A stretch of DNA of 64,000 nt, from contig CAVQUB010000013.1 of assembly GCA_963716725.1 (NCBI GenBank), positions 408,426-472,425 of the forward strand. Direction: 5' to 3'. Position numbers and translations under genes: made by a program. The notes under the pieces were generated by a model. It had not been told where the DNA came from. It saw only the letters and a program-made list of their open reading frames with translations, and searched no databases. Positions 40,253 to 50,232 of this stretch are shown one piece after another; position 1 is the stretch's first letter; each line of letters starts with the position of its first letter. This DNA is from an uncultured delta proteobacterium. Lineage in GTDB: Bacteria > Myxococcota_A > Polyangia > Polyangiales > Polyangiaceae.

Positions 40253-40748
40253 ATGGCACAGGAAGGGCGAAAGCTCGGAAGATTTGGGGATGGGACGGAC
40301 GAGGTGATCGGTGCGCTGATCGAGGTGCATCGGCATCTCGGTCCAGGGCTGATGGAATCCGCATATGAGGCCTGTCTATCTGCCGAGCTGTCCGAACGAC
40401 GGCTCAAGTTCGAGCGGCAGCGACCGCTACCAATCCGCTACAAAGGCGCACACCTTGACTGCGCCTATCGCCTCGACCTGGTCGCTTCCAGATCGTATCC
40501 TCCTGGAGCTCAAGGCGGTCGAGCGGCTGCTCCCGATTTACGAAGCGCAGGTCATCACCTATCTGCGTCTTTCGCGGTTGCCCGTCGGCCTGCTCGTGAA
40601 CTTCAACGTGACCGCGCTCAGAAATGGCCTGCGGAGGCTAACGCCTGACCACCCCAAATCCTTCCGCTCTTCCGCCCTTCCTGTGAGAGCCCAAATGAGC
40701 GCAGGTCTCAGGGGCGAATCCACTCGAACTTCGGCCGCGCGGCACTAG
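40253..40748 (+). CDS. GxxExxY protein (PD-(D/E)XK nuclease fold), frameshift near 40490
   Basis: IEVHRHLGPGLMESAYEACL...YRLDLV / ILLELKAV...AQVITYLRLS...GLLVNF. Confidence 0.88.
40257..40685. repeat. Imperfect ~33-bp inverted repeat bracketing the GxxExxY core
   Basis: cacaggaagggcgaaagctcggaagatttgggg (40257-40289) versus ccccaaatccttccgctcttccgcccttcctgtg (40652-40685). Confidence 0.85.
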
Positions 40749-40817
40749 TGCGCTGGGCGTGACGGCAGCAGTGGGACGCCGTTCCGCGTTCAACCGCACC
40801 CGCCCCGCTCGGACCCA

Positions 40818-41573
<756 letters not shown>

Positions 41574-41606
41574 CGTTCACCGCACAAGTGCCTGGCGGCC
41601 GGCTTC

Positions 41607-42311
41607 CTAACCCCGGTGATCGGCGATCCAACGCGCGCAAGCGAAGCCGGGCTCCGCGGCCACGACCGCGGGCAACTCGCTCGCCACGATCTCGACCTGA
41701 GCGCGTCCCTGCGAAAAGACCCGGCCGCGCTGGTCGACTCGATGAAGCCTCGCTGCGAGTTCGCGCCAGCGCACGGCGAACCCCGGGTACGCTTTGTCGA
41801 GAGCCCCGAGCGTGGCGCGTCCGAGCAACAGCGTTGGAACGCACATTAGCCCGCACGGGGCGTGGCAGATCAAAGCCAGCGCACCGACCAGCCAGAGCGA
41901 CTCGGCGGGCGCCGGCGCGGCGTCGACCGGCAAGAGCGCGCTGAACAAACCCGCGTCGTCGCGGACGTCGATCGAGAGATAACGCTCGCTGCAACAGCTC
42001 GGGTATCCGAGCAGACTCCCGATCTCGCGCACGGCGAGCGGGTCACGATCCCCGGCGGCGTCGGCGGCTCGAATGCTCTCGAGCACGCCGCGATCACGCG
42101 CAGCAAACACCACGGATCCGCGCTGCTCGACCTCGAGAGCGCGACTCTGCAACCAGTCGACCGCCAACCGAGCTTCGCCGTCGGATCTCGTCTCGCGCTT
42201 GATCGCGCGTCGGAGACCCAGCTCGATCTGAGTCAGCTCGGGATCGAAGGGCCAGATCGCGTCGGCACCCGGGGGGCCGGACCGCGCCCGAGACGACCAG
42301 CGCGGGACCAT
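41607..42311 (-). CDS. DUF483-like Cys-motif protein
   Basis: IGSLLGYPSCC and ICHAPCGLMC motifs; ATG 2 bp after the rSAM stop. Confidence 0.65.
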   Translation of the reverse strand: MVPRWSSRARSGPPGADAIWPFDPELTQIELGLRRAIKRETRSDGEARLAVDWLQSRALEVEQRGSVVFAARDRGVLESIRAADAAGDRDPLAVREIGSLLGYPSCCSERYLSIDVRDDAGLFSALLPVDAAPAPAESLWLVGALALICHAPCGLMCVPTLLLGRATLGALDKAYPGFAVRWRELAARLHRVDQRGRVFSQGRAQVEIVASELPAVVAAEPGFACARWIADHRG

Positions 42312-42313
42312 GC

Positions 42314-43324
42314 TCACTCGGCGGCGGAGAGGCCCGCGACCGGCACCATCTCGTCCCAGCCGTAGCGGGCCAGGTAGTTCTTCCAGACGCCTTCGCACCA
42401 CGCGTCGTAGCGGCAACTCTGGCATTCCTCGCGCTTGACGCGCTCGGCCAGATCGAGATCCGATCGGGTGATCAAGACCAAGCCCTTGCCGGGCGCTCGG
42501 CTCCCTTCGAGCGCCTCGGGTGGAGCTCCGGCTTCCGGATCGAAGTGGCGATACTTCTCGACGTAACCCCGCGCGTGGTCCGGAAGCGACTCGGTCGTGC
42601 ACAGGGGAATGTCCACGAGGAAGGCCCTGGGACGGGGCTCGTCGAGACCCGCGAGCATGCGGCGGAACTCCGCGGCGATCTCGGAGTAGCGGGGGAAGAT
42701 CCGCTCGAAGTGGGTGTTCGCGCGGCCGTTGGCCTGCATCACGTTGAACACGACCTGGTTCACGCCACGCGAGCGCAGGAGGCGGTAGATCGCCCCCAAG
42801 TGGGGCAGGTTGCGCTTGGTGACGACGGTGGAGGTGTGCAGCTCGACGCCCCAGCGCGCGAGCTTCGCGGCGGCGTCGATTCCGGCCAGCGTCTGATCGA
42901 AGCTGCCCGGGGTGCGGGTGAGCCCTTCGTGCAGGGTCGGTTCGTGGCCGTGGATCGAAATGTAGACGCGGTTCAAGCCGCGCCGCACCAACGCGGCCGC
43001 GTAGGGCAAGTGCCCCAAGCGCCGGCCGTTGGTCATCAGGCTGATCCGCGGGTAGCCGAGCGCCTTCGCCCAGGCCACGAAATCGGGCAAGTCCTCCCTG
43101 GTAGTCGGCTCCCCGGAGGTGAAGCACACCTCCTCGGCGCCACGATTCGATTCGAGTACCCAGCGCACACGCGAGCCCGTCATCGCCGAGTTGCTGACGT
43201 AGCGCCCGTCGCGGTCCTCTTCCATGCAGAAGATGCAGTTGTTGTTGCAGACCGCCCCGATGGAGATGTGCACTCGCTCGTGGTTTTCGCGAAGGCGCTC
43301 GACGATGTTGGGCTCGCTGCTCAC
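42314..43324 (-). CDS. Radical SAM protein with C-terminal CxxCx5C motif (HxsC-like)
   Basis: CNNNCIFC, SGEPT, MTNGR, DIPLC, CQSCRYDAWCEGVW; GTG start inferred. Confidence 0.9.
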   Translation of the reverse strand: MSSEPNIVERLRENHERVHISIGAVCNNNCIFCMEEDRDGRYVSNSAMTGSRVRWVLESNRGAEEVCFTSGEPTTREDLPDFVAWAKALGYPRISLMTNGRRLGHLPYAAALVRRGLNRVYISIHGHEPTLHEGLTRTPGSFDQTLAGIDAAAKLARWGVELHTSTVVTKRNLPHLGAIYRLLRSRGVNQVVFNVMQANGRANTHFERIFPRYSEIAAEFRRMLAGLDEPRPRAFLVDIPLCTTESLPDHARGYVEKYRHFDPEAGAPPEALEGSRAPGKGLVLITRSDLDLAERVKREECQSCRYDAWCEGVWKNYLARYGWDEMVPVAGLSAAE

Positions 43325-43359
43325 CGTGATGACAATGGTCCCGTGTGAACCAGGTCGGG

Positions 43360-44142
43360 TCAAGGTCCGGCCGACGGCCGCTCGAACACGATGGCGAAGG
43401 CCCGGTGGTCGCGCGCGTCCGGCGGGCGCTCGCCCTCCCACACCGTTTCGAATCCGGTGACCAGATAGCTGCGCCCATGGACCAGGATCCGCTTCCACTC
43501 GTGGGGCATGACCGACACTCTGGCGCCCTCGGACTGAAGCTCGATGGAGCGCGTGTGAAGGACGGACTTCTGCTGCGTCGGGCGCACCTCGCTCGTGGCA
43601 ACGGCGCCCCGGCCGATCTTCCAGCCGGGAGCAGCGGCTTCGTCGCCGCTCCCTCCGACGATCAGAAGCGTGCGCCGCGCCATGTCGCGGATCACGCCGT
43701 CGCACACCCGGTGCCAGCCGCCGCGACGGCAATCGACCTCGACTGAGATCCGATCCCCGACAGAGAGCGGGAAGGTCAACGTCGGCGGAGTGAAGAGCAG
43801 GTAGACCTTCTCCGGCTTGCCGGAAACCGAGAGGGTCAGCTCGTGCCAAGCGTCGAGGCCGTTCTCCCCCGCAGGAGGACGGATCGCCTCCAGAGCCCCC
43901 ACCAGCGCCAGCGGCTGACGTTTGCCGCGCTCGACGTGCATCGAAAACGAAGCGTGCCCCTTGGGCTCGGGCGGGCGCTCGACGACCGCAGCGGGCGCGG
44001 TCGCCGTCGCCACCGGAGCTGTCGCATCGGGAACGCTGGCCTCCGCCGTCGCGATGTGCGACGCCGGCGTCGCGGGCTCGGCGGGAGATCCACACGAGGC
44101 CGCGACGGAGAGCGAGAGCGCTCCAGCGAAAGCGTGCTTCAC
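43360..44142 (-). CDS. Hypothetical lipoprotein
   Basis: GTGA overlap with the upstream gene, lipobox AASC. Confidence 0.7.
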   Translation of the reverse strand: MKHAFAGALSLSVAASCGSPAEPATPASHIATAEASVPDATAPVATATAPAAVVERPPEPKGHASFSMHVERGKRQPLALVGALEAIRPPAGENGLDAWHELTLSVSGKPEKVYLLFTPPTLTFPLSVGDRISVEVDCRRGGWHRVCDGVIRDMARRTLLIVGGSGDEAAAPGWKIGRGAVATSEVRPTQQKSVLHTRSIELQSEGARVSVMPHEWKRILVHGRSYLVTGFETVWEGERPPDARDHRAFAIVFERPSAGP

Positions 44143-45407
44143 GGCTTGGGCGCGGGCGGCTTCGGAGCGACGGGCGGGGGCGGCGGTTTCGGTGCGCCCG
44201 GCGCGGGCGGCTTGGCTCCGCCAGCCGGCGGCAGCCCCGGCGGCGGCAGCGGCGTGTGCGGCGCCTTCGCACCGCCCCCAGGCTTCGCCGGCGCGTGTGC
44301 CGGTGGCTTCACCGGAGGCTTCGCGGCGGCCTTCGGCATCAGTCCGAAGGCCCCGGCGAACTCGGCTCCGGAACCATAGCTGTGACCAACTGCCAGCTTG
44401 CCGTCTGCCAGCCGCATCACGTCGACGCCGTGCAAGGTTCCGGTCTTCTTGGTGGGCTTGAGCGGGCCGAGTGCGCCCGTGAAGGTCCCGGTCGCTTCGG
44501 ACTCGACGACCACGTAATTGCCAGCGGCCCACATGTTCTTCGCCGTCATCTTCATGTCGGGGAAGGCCTTGCTGAACGCATCGAAGTCCTTCTTGGCCGC
44601 GGCTTTGCCCTTCTTCCCGTCCACCGGCTGCGCGAAATCCACGTGCTGCGCGTCATCCATCAGCAGGGCGAGGAAGGCCTTGCCGTCCTTCTTCTCCCAG
44701 GCCGCAAAGAACGCGGTGGCGGCTTCGGAATTCTTCTTCTCGGCATCGGTGTTGGCCGCCACGACCCACTCGGGCTCGTGGCCGGCTGGGGTCTCCGTCA
44801 CGGGCCGTCCGACCATGCCCTTGGGAGCGGTCCCCATCTGCGCCATGAAGGTGACGTGATCGAAGTACATGTGCTCGCGCTTGACGCCTTTGTCCCCGAA
44901 CCAGAGCACGCTCACCCCGCGATACCCGATGCGCTTGCCGGTCGGCTTTGCACCCATGAAGTCGCCGCTGTGCGTGCCGTTGAGCAACCACTCGAGGACC
45001 AAGACGTCACCGGCGTGAATGCCGCGCATCGTGGTCACCTTCGCATCGGAGAAGGCCGCGAAGAACTCGGCCATGTTGCGCTCGAGATCCGCGCGGCCCT
45101 TGGTCTCGCGCCAGCCCTCCATCGAGGGGAATCCCAAAACCACGTCGTCAGCGTAGAGAGCTGCGAGCTTCTTGGCGTCGTGCGCCTGCCACGCCGCCAC
45201 GTTGGCCGCCATGTGGGCCTTCTGCTGATCGAGCATGCTCAGCTTGGCGGGCTCCACGGGCGGAGGAGGCACCACCGGCTCGGGCGTCGGCATCGGCGCG
45301 GGCGCGGGCGCGGGCGGTGACATTGGAGGCGGAGCAGACTCCGTGCTCCCGGCACAACCGAACGGGATCCACGTCACCATCAAAACGCCGAGCAACGCTC
45401 TCTTCAT
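44139..45407 (-). CDS. Lipoprotein with tandem SnoaL/NTF2-like (ester cyclase) domains and Pro-rich tail
   Basis: Lipobox PFGC; GTHSGDFMGAKPTGKRI and GTFTGALGPLKPTKK repeats. Confidence 0.88.
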   Translation of the reverse strand: MKRALLGVLMVTWIPFGCAGSTESAPPPMSPPAPAPAPMPTPEPVVPPPPVEPAKLSMLDQQKAHMAANVAAWQAHDAKKLAALYADDVVLGFPSMEGWRETKGRADLERNMAEFFAAFSDAKVTTMRGIHAGDVLVLEWLLNGTHSGDFMGAKPTGKRIGYRGVSVLWFGDKGVKREHMYFDHVTFMAQMGTAPKGMVGRPVTETPAGHEPEWVVAANTDAEKKNSEAATAFFAAWEKKDGKAFLALLMDDAQHVDFAQPVDGKKGKAAAKKDFDAFSKAFPDMKMTAKNMWAAGNYVVVESEATGTFTGALGPLKPTKKTGTLHGVDVMRLADGKLAVGHSYGSGAEFAGAFGLMPKAAAKPPVKPPAHAPAKPGGGAKAPHTPLPPPGLPPAGGAKPPAPGAPKPPPPPVAPKPPAPKP

Positions 45408-45493
45408 CGAAGCCTCCTCTGCTGCCGCGGCAGCCGAGCCCTGCTTCGCTCAGCGGGGCACGGGAGTCAATCCGGCGGCGTCGACGATACGCA

Positions 45494-45940
45494 TCAGGGG
45501 CACTGCACACCGATGGACGGCGCCGACGACTGAAAGCTCGACAGGAGCTGCGGGCAGAGCGACGAGGGAGCCATGCGCATCGAGCTGCAGATGCGTTGCA
45601 CCGACGGATCGCCCGCGGTCTGCTGGTAGAACTTCAGGCAGCAGTCCGCGGCCTGATCGCAGTCCGGACCACCGCGAGACCCGGCGGTGGAGCCGAAACC
45701 ACCCCAGATATCGTCAGGCGAGGCCGGTTCGACGTCCACCGGCTCCTCGGGGACCACCGGATTCTGCCGTGCGCCGGTCGGGGGAGCGGGACCTTCTGCC
45801 GCGGCCCGGGCCTGGTCGTCGGAGACGTCCGGGATCAGCACGTCCGGGCCACGCTCGGGGCTCTCGGCGGGGTTCGAGGGCGCGCCACCGCACGCGGCTC
45901 CGCACAGAAGCACAATCGCGATGCCACGAGGGACGGTCAC
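45494..45940 (-). CDS. Small Cys-containing lipoprotein
   Basis: GTGA overlap, lipobox GAAC, C-terminal C...CC...C...C...CP. Confidence 0.7.
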   Translation of the reverse strand: MTVPRGIAIVLLCGAACGGAPSNPAESPERGPDVLIPDVSDDQARAAAEGPAPPTGARQNPVVPEEPVDVEPASPDDIWGGFGSTAGSRGGPDCDQAADCCLKFYQQTAGDPSVQRICSSMRMAPSSLCPQLLSSFQSSAPSIGVQCP

Positions 45941-46806
45941 AAGAGCATCCCGACGCCGAGCTGAGCCGCCAGGCTCGACTCGAAAGCCGGGAAGCCTTGC
46001 AGCCGAGCCGTGCCGCCCGCACCGTCGTTGACCGGCTGCGCGTGAAACAGGTCCCCCGAAGGATCCGAGAGAATGCCCCCGGAGACCGAGAGAGTGGCCG
46101 CGAGCCAGCGAGGGACTACATCCCACGTCGCGCCCAGGGCGGCGCTGTATTCGAGCACCACCCCCGAGCGATCCGCGTAGCGAATTTGATTTGCACCCGT
46201 GCTCGACGGTTCCGGCGCCGTGGCCCGGGCCCAGGCCACGCCTACGCCCGCCCAAAGCCGCAACGTGGGCATCGGCATGTACGTCGGCTCGGCGCGCGCG
46301 CCGAGCTGAAACACCGCGAGATCGGGTTGATCGATCTGCGTGTCTCCCAGACCCAACGCACCACGTGGGATCTCGACGGCGTGGGTCGAGTTGTTGAAAT
46401 AGGCTCGGACCCCGAGGAACGAGAAGACCTCGACCCGCGCGTGTAAGCCGTAGGCAAATCCCGGCGCGTAGCTGACCTGATCGCCCTTCGCCGGTCGCGA
46501 CCAGATGCCGACGTCGGGACCGAACTCCAGGTGGCGTTCGCCTTCGTCCCTCGAAGCGGCCCCGAACACAGGACGGGGTTCTTGCTCGTCCATCCGTGGA
46601 TCGGCAGGGGGAGGAAGCGGCGCGAGATCCGATCGCTGTACCGGCACGTTGCTCGGCTCAGGCGTGGTCGCCTTCCGAGGCAGGTCGTCGGCGTCGAGGT
46701 CGTCGGACTCCGGCGCGTTACTCGGGGTCGCGGGCGGCGGTGGCACCTGCGCCGTTGCACGCGACACGGCGGCAAGAACTGCCAGGCACGACAGCAGGCG
46801 ACGCAT
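45937..46806 (-). CDS. Secreted/outer-membrane beta-barrel-like protein
   Basis: Signal peptide, Pro-rich linker, alternating beta-strands. Confidence 0.65.
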   Translation of the reverse strand: MRRLLSCLAVLAAVSRATAQVPPPPATPSNAPESDDLDADDLPRKATTPEPSNVPVQRSDLAPLPPPADPRMDEQEPRPVFGAASRDEGERHLEFGPDVGIWSRPAKGDQVSYAPGFAYGLHARVEVFSFLGVRAYFNNSTHAVEIPRGALGLGDTQIDQPDLAVFQLGARAEPTYMPMPTLRLWAGVGVAWARATAPEPSSTGANQIRYADRSGVVLEYSAALGATWDVVPRWLAATLSVSGGILSDPSGDLFHAQPVNDGAGGTARLQGFPAFESSLAAQLGVGMLL

Positions 46807-46847
46807 CCCCAGAACCGTACCCGAACTCCCTTCGGTGCGCACGCAGG

Positions 46848-49322
46848 CTACGCTCGCAGCTGGCCGCCGAGGCGCTCCGTCGCAGCCTTGACCACTTCAG
46901 CATGGCGCTGGTCGACCTCGCGATCGGTGAGCATTTTGGCCTTGTCCGGCTCCGACGCCGCCTTCGGATCGCGGTAGATCAGGTGGAAGGCCAGCGAGCG
47001 GTGGTGCTCGGGGACGGCGCCGCCACGGAACACGTCGAAGAGGGCGACGGACTCACACAGCTCACCGGCCGCCTGACGGATCACCGCTTCGACAGCCTCC
47101 GAGGTCACGTCGTCGTGCACGACGACCGCGACATCGCGCGTGACCGGCGGCAGGCGCGGGATCGGGCGGTGTCGCGGGGTCCGCAGTCCCAGGCTCTCGA
47201 TGGCCGCCAGATCGAGCTCAATGACGAGCGCCTCGCCGCCGAGGTCGAAGGCATCGGCGACGTCCGGATGCAACGGACCAAACAGACCGACGCGCTGGTC
47301 GTCGACCAGAACCTCGCCGGCGCCCCGCGGGTGCAGGTGTCGCGTGCCCTCCTCACTCACCACCAGGCGGGCGCTCGCGGCTCGTCCGATCAACCGCTCG
47401 ACCATCTCGATGGCGATGCCTTTGGCGTCGAACACGTCGACCCTCTCGGGCGTGGCCAAATATGCGGGCCGTGGTCCTGCCAGGACCGCCGCGAAGCTCG
47501 GGCGCTCGCCCGGGAGATCGCGAGCGTCCTCGGGACGTCGTGGGCGCGCGATGCTGGTGGTTTCCGACGCCGCGGGCAAGAAGCGCGATCCGATGGCGAA
47601 GAGCTGCACCGCCTCCTCACCGTAGCGACGCGCTCTTCGCAGGGCTTCGAGCAGTCCGGGCAAGAGGCTCGTGCGCATCACCGTGCGCTCTTCGCTCAGG
47701 GGATTCTGGATGCGCACCACCGGCGGGGGCGCGTGCACCGCTTCGAGCTCCTTTGGCGACACAAACGCGTAGGTGAGCGCCTCGGACAGGCCAAGTGACA
47801 CCGCGCACGCCGCCGCCGAGCGTTCGAGCTTGCCGCTCACGCGGGGGGGCTGGGGCAAGATCGCAGGGATTTTGCTGGGGATCGGATCGAGGCCGCGCAC
47901 GCGCGCGACCTCTTCGATCAGATCGGCCTCGCGGGAAATGTCGGGACGGAAGCTGGCACCACGCACTTCGGCCTCGGCGCTGCCATCGCGGATCACCTCG
48001 AGGCCCAAGCGACGCAGAATGCTCGTGGCCTCGCCAAACGGCACGTCGATGCCCAAAAGCGCGTTCAGCCGATGGCTGCGCAAGCGCACCACGGGCAGCG
48101 TGGGGTCCTCGCCCTTGGCGTGGATGGCGCCGCGGACCGCCGCGCCCCCCGCGAGCTCGCCCATGAGCCCGGAAGCGATCTCGAGCACTCGAGGCACCGC
48201 GCCCCAGTCGACCCCGCGCTCGAAGCGGAAGCTGGATTCGGTACCGAGGGTGTGGCGGCGAGACGTGCGCCGGATACCGCGCGGCGTGAAGTACGCGCAC
48301 TCGAGCAACACACGCTTGGTGCTGTCCTTGATCTCGCTGTCTTGCCCGCCCATCACTCCAGCCAAGGCGCTGGGGCCCTCGGCGTCGCAGATCACCAGGT
48401 CGTCCGCGTCCAGCTGGCGCGCCACGCCGTCCAGCGTCGTGAACGGCTCGTCGTTCCGAGCGCGCCGAACCACGACGCGGCCACCTCGCACCCGATCGAG
48501 ATCGAAGGCGTGCATGGGCTGTCCCCAGCCGAGCAGCACGAGATTGGTGATGTCGACCACGTTGTTGATGGGTCGCACGCCGAGCTTGTGCAGGCGCCAA
48601 CGGAGCCAGGCGGGCGAAGGCGCAATGATCACGTCGAGCACCACGGCCGCGCCGTAGTGGGGGCAGCGCTCGAGGTCGAGGTTCTCGACCGAGACCAGTT
48701 TCTCCAACGACTCGTCAGACCAGCGGGCGATCGCACTCGGCTCCGGAGCCGAGAACTCGACGCCAAACAGCGCAGCCACGTCCCGTGCAACACCAAGGTG
48801 ACCGAGCGCGTCGGGACGATTCGGAGTCACGCCGACGTGAAAGATGCTGTCGCGCGCTTCGGGGAACACGTCGAACAACTTGGCGCCTGGCACGCCGACA
48901 CTCGCATCGAGCACGATGATGCCGTCGCTCTCGCTGGAGAGGCCGAGCTCTTCTTCGCTGACCAGCATGCCTTCGCTGGCGACGCCGCCAATCTCCCGCG
49001 GGGTGAGCGGACCGAGCCCCGGAATGACGGTGCCGAGGGGCGCGAGCAACACCCGGCCGCCGGGCGCGGGCACGTTGGATGCGCCGCAGACCACTCGCTG
49101 CTCGACGCCGCCCCTATCGACGCTGACCAGGCGCAGGCCGGACTTGGTCGGGTGGGGCTCGATGGCGCGCACCTCGGCGACCACGATGGGATCGAGGCCC
49201 AGCCCGACCTCCTGCACCGCCTCGACCTCGAGTCCGCCGCGCGTGAGTCGCTCGGCGACCTCGGCAGCGGAGGCATTCAGGGCGGGCAGCAGCTCTTGGA
49301 TCCAGCGGTACGAAACGAGCAT
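46848..49322 (-). CDS. pheT: Phenylalanine-tRNA ligase beta subunit
   Basis: VVCGASN, SEGML, TPNRPDALGHLGVARD, INNVVDITN, RFERGVD, ADLIEEVAR, FDX-ACB C-terminus. Confidence 0.97.
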   Translation of the reverse strand: MLVSYRWIQELLPALNASAAEVAERLTRGGLEVEAVQEVGLGLDPIVVAEVRAIEPHPTKSGLRLVSVDRGGVEQRVVCGASNVPAPGGRVLLAPLGTVIPGLGPLTPREIGGVASEGMLVSEEELGLSSESDGIIVLDASVGVPGAKLFDVFPEARDSIFHVGVTPNRPDALGHLGVARDVAALFGVEFSAPEPSAIARWSDESLEKLVSVENLDLERCPHYGAAVVLDVIIAPSPAWLRWRLHKLGVRPINNVVDITNLVLLGWGQPMHAFDLDRVRGGRVVVRRARNDEPFTTLDGVARQLDADDLVICDAEGPSALAGVMGGQDSEIKDSTKRVLLECAYFTPRGIRRTSRRHTLGTESSFRFERGVDWGAVPRVLEIASGLMGELAGGAAVRGAIHAKGEDPTLPVVRLRSHRLNALLGIDVPFGEATSILRRLGLEVIRDGSAEAEVRGASFRPDISREADLIEEVARVRGLDPIPSKIPAILPQPPRVSGKLERSAAACAVSLGLSEALTYAFVSPKELEAVHAPPPVVRIQNPLSEERTVMRTSLLPGLLEALRRARRYGEEAVQLFAIGSRFLPAASETTSIARPRRPEDARDLPGERPSFAAVLAGPRPAYLATPERVDVFDAKGIAIEMVERLIGRAASARLVVSEEGTRHLHPRGAGEVLVDDQRVGLFGPLHPDVADAFDLGGEALVIELDLAAIESLGLRTPRHRPIPRLPPVTRDVAVVVHDDVTSEAVEAVIRQAAGELCESVALFDVFRGGAVPEHHRSLAFHLIYRDPKAASEPDKAKMLTDREVDQRHAEVVKAATERLGGQLRA

Positions 49323-49433
49323 GGGGGGCGGGGATTCAGCACGCGTCGGCGTTCAAGGCGACGCAGTCTGGGGCGAGCCCCAGATGATTCGTGGTGACGC
49401 ATCGGCACGCATTCCTCGCGCGCGCGGCACGAG

Positions 49434-50216
49434 TCAGCGTGACGGCAGCGTGGCCTGGAGCCGCCCCCGGTCGAATACCCACAAGGTTCCGGGTTCCCCG
49501 TGCGACCACTCCTCGTTGTTGGTGAGCGGAACGGTGCTGACGACCGCCACACGATCCCGCGGGGTAGTGACCTCCGAGAAGTCGATGACCACGTCGTCGT
49601 CCGAGAGCCGCGCGAAGCCGAAGGGCGCCTTGCGGATGATGTAACAGAGCTTGGTGGCACAGCGCGCATAGAGCTGCTGGCCGTCTCCGAGCAGGAAGTT
49701 GAAGCTGCCATTCCGACCAATGCGCGCCCCGACTTGGGCCACGGCCGATCGGAGATCACCGATGCTCTTCGGGTAGTCGCGAAAGCTCGAGCGCAGCACC
49801 TCCAGCAGGTGGCAGTAGGCGTGTTCGCTGTCAGTGGTGCCGATGGGCCGGAATCGACCCAGCTTCAGCTTCCGCGCGCCGTGCACGGTGCCGTTGTGCG
49901 CGAACACCCAGTGCCGTCCCCAGAGCTCACGCACGAAGGGATGCGTGTTCGCGAGAGCATTGGCGCCGCGAGTCTTCTTCCGGATGTGCCCGATGGCCAG
50001 CAAGGTCTTGATGGGGTTGTCGGCCACGAAGCGCGCCAATGGGCTGGACGCTGCGGCGGTCGGCTCGAGGAACACGCGCACAGCGCGCCCTTCGTAGAGC
50101 GCGAGGCCCCAGCCGTCTCCGTGGTGCGCCGTGCGTCCGCCCCGCTGTCGGAGCCCCGAGAACGAAAACACGATGTCCGTCGGGACGTTGCACTCCATGC
50201 CCAAGAGCTCGCACAT
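49434..50216 (-). CDS. Class II glutamine amidotransferase (YafJ-like)
   Basis: MCELLGM, HGDGWG, NTHPF, FAHNG, GTTDSE. Confidence 0.93.
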   Translation of the reverse strand: MCELLGMECNVPTDIVFSFSGLRQRGGRTAHHGDGWGLALYEGRAVRVFLEPTAAASSPLARFVADNPIKTLLAIGHIRKKTRGANALANTHPFVRELWGRHWVFAHNGTVHGARKLKLGRFRPIGTTDSEHAYCHLLEVLRSSFRDYPKSIGDLRSAVAQVGARIGRNGSFNFLLGDGQQLYARCATKLCYIIRKAPFGFARLSDDDVVIDFSEVTTPRDRVAVVSTVPLTNNEEWSHGEPGTLWVFDRGRLQATLPSR

Positions 50217-50232
50217 GGCGGCGTGGACCCTA

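Larger units (their letters stand above)
39011..40748 (+). mobile_element. IS630-family insertion sequence with GxxExxY passenger gene
   Basis: Inverted termini CTAGTGCCGCGCGGC(A/C)GAAGTT at 39011-39032 and 40727-40748 (21/22 identical), CTAG at both ends, transposase inside. Confidence 0.9.

Noticed and set aside
41607..44532. Overlapping 664, 652 and 390 aa ORFs as long fused proteins
   Set aside because: Each has a spurious Arg-rich N-terminal extension over its neighbour; the real genes are 41607-42311, 42314-43324 and 43360-44142.
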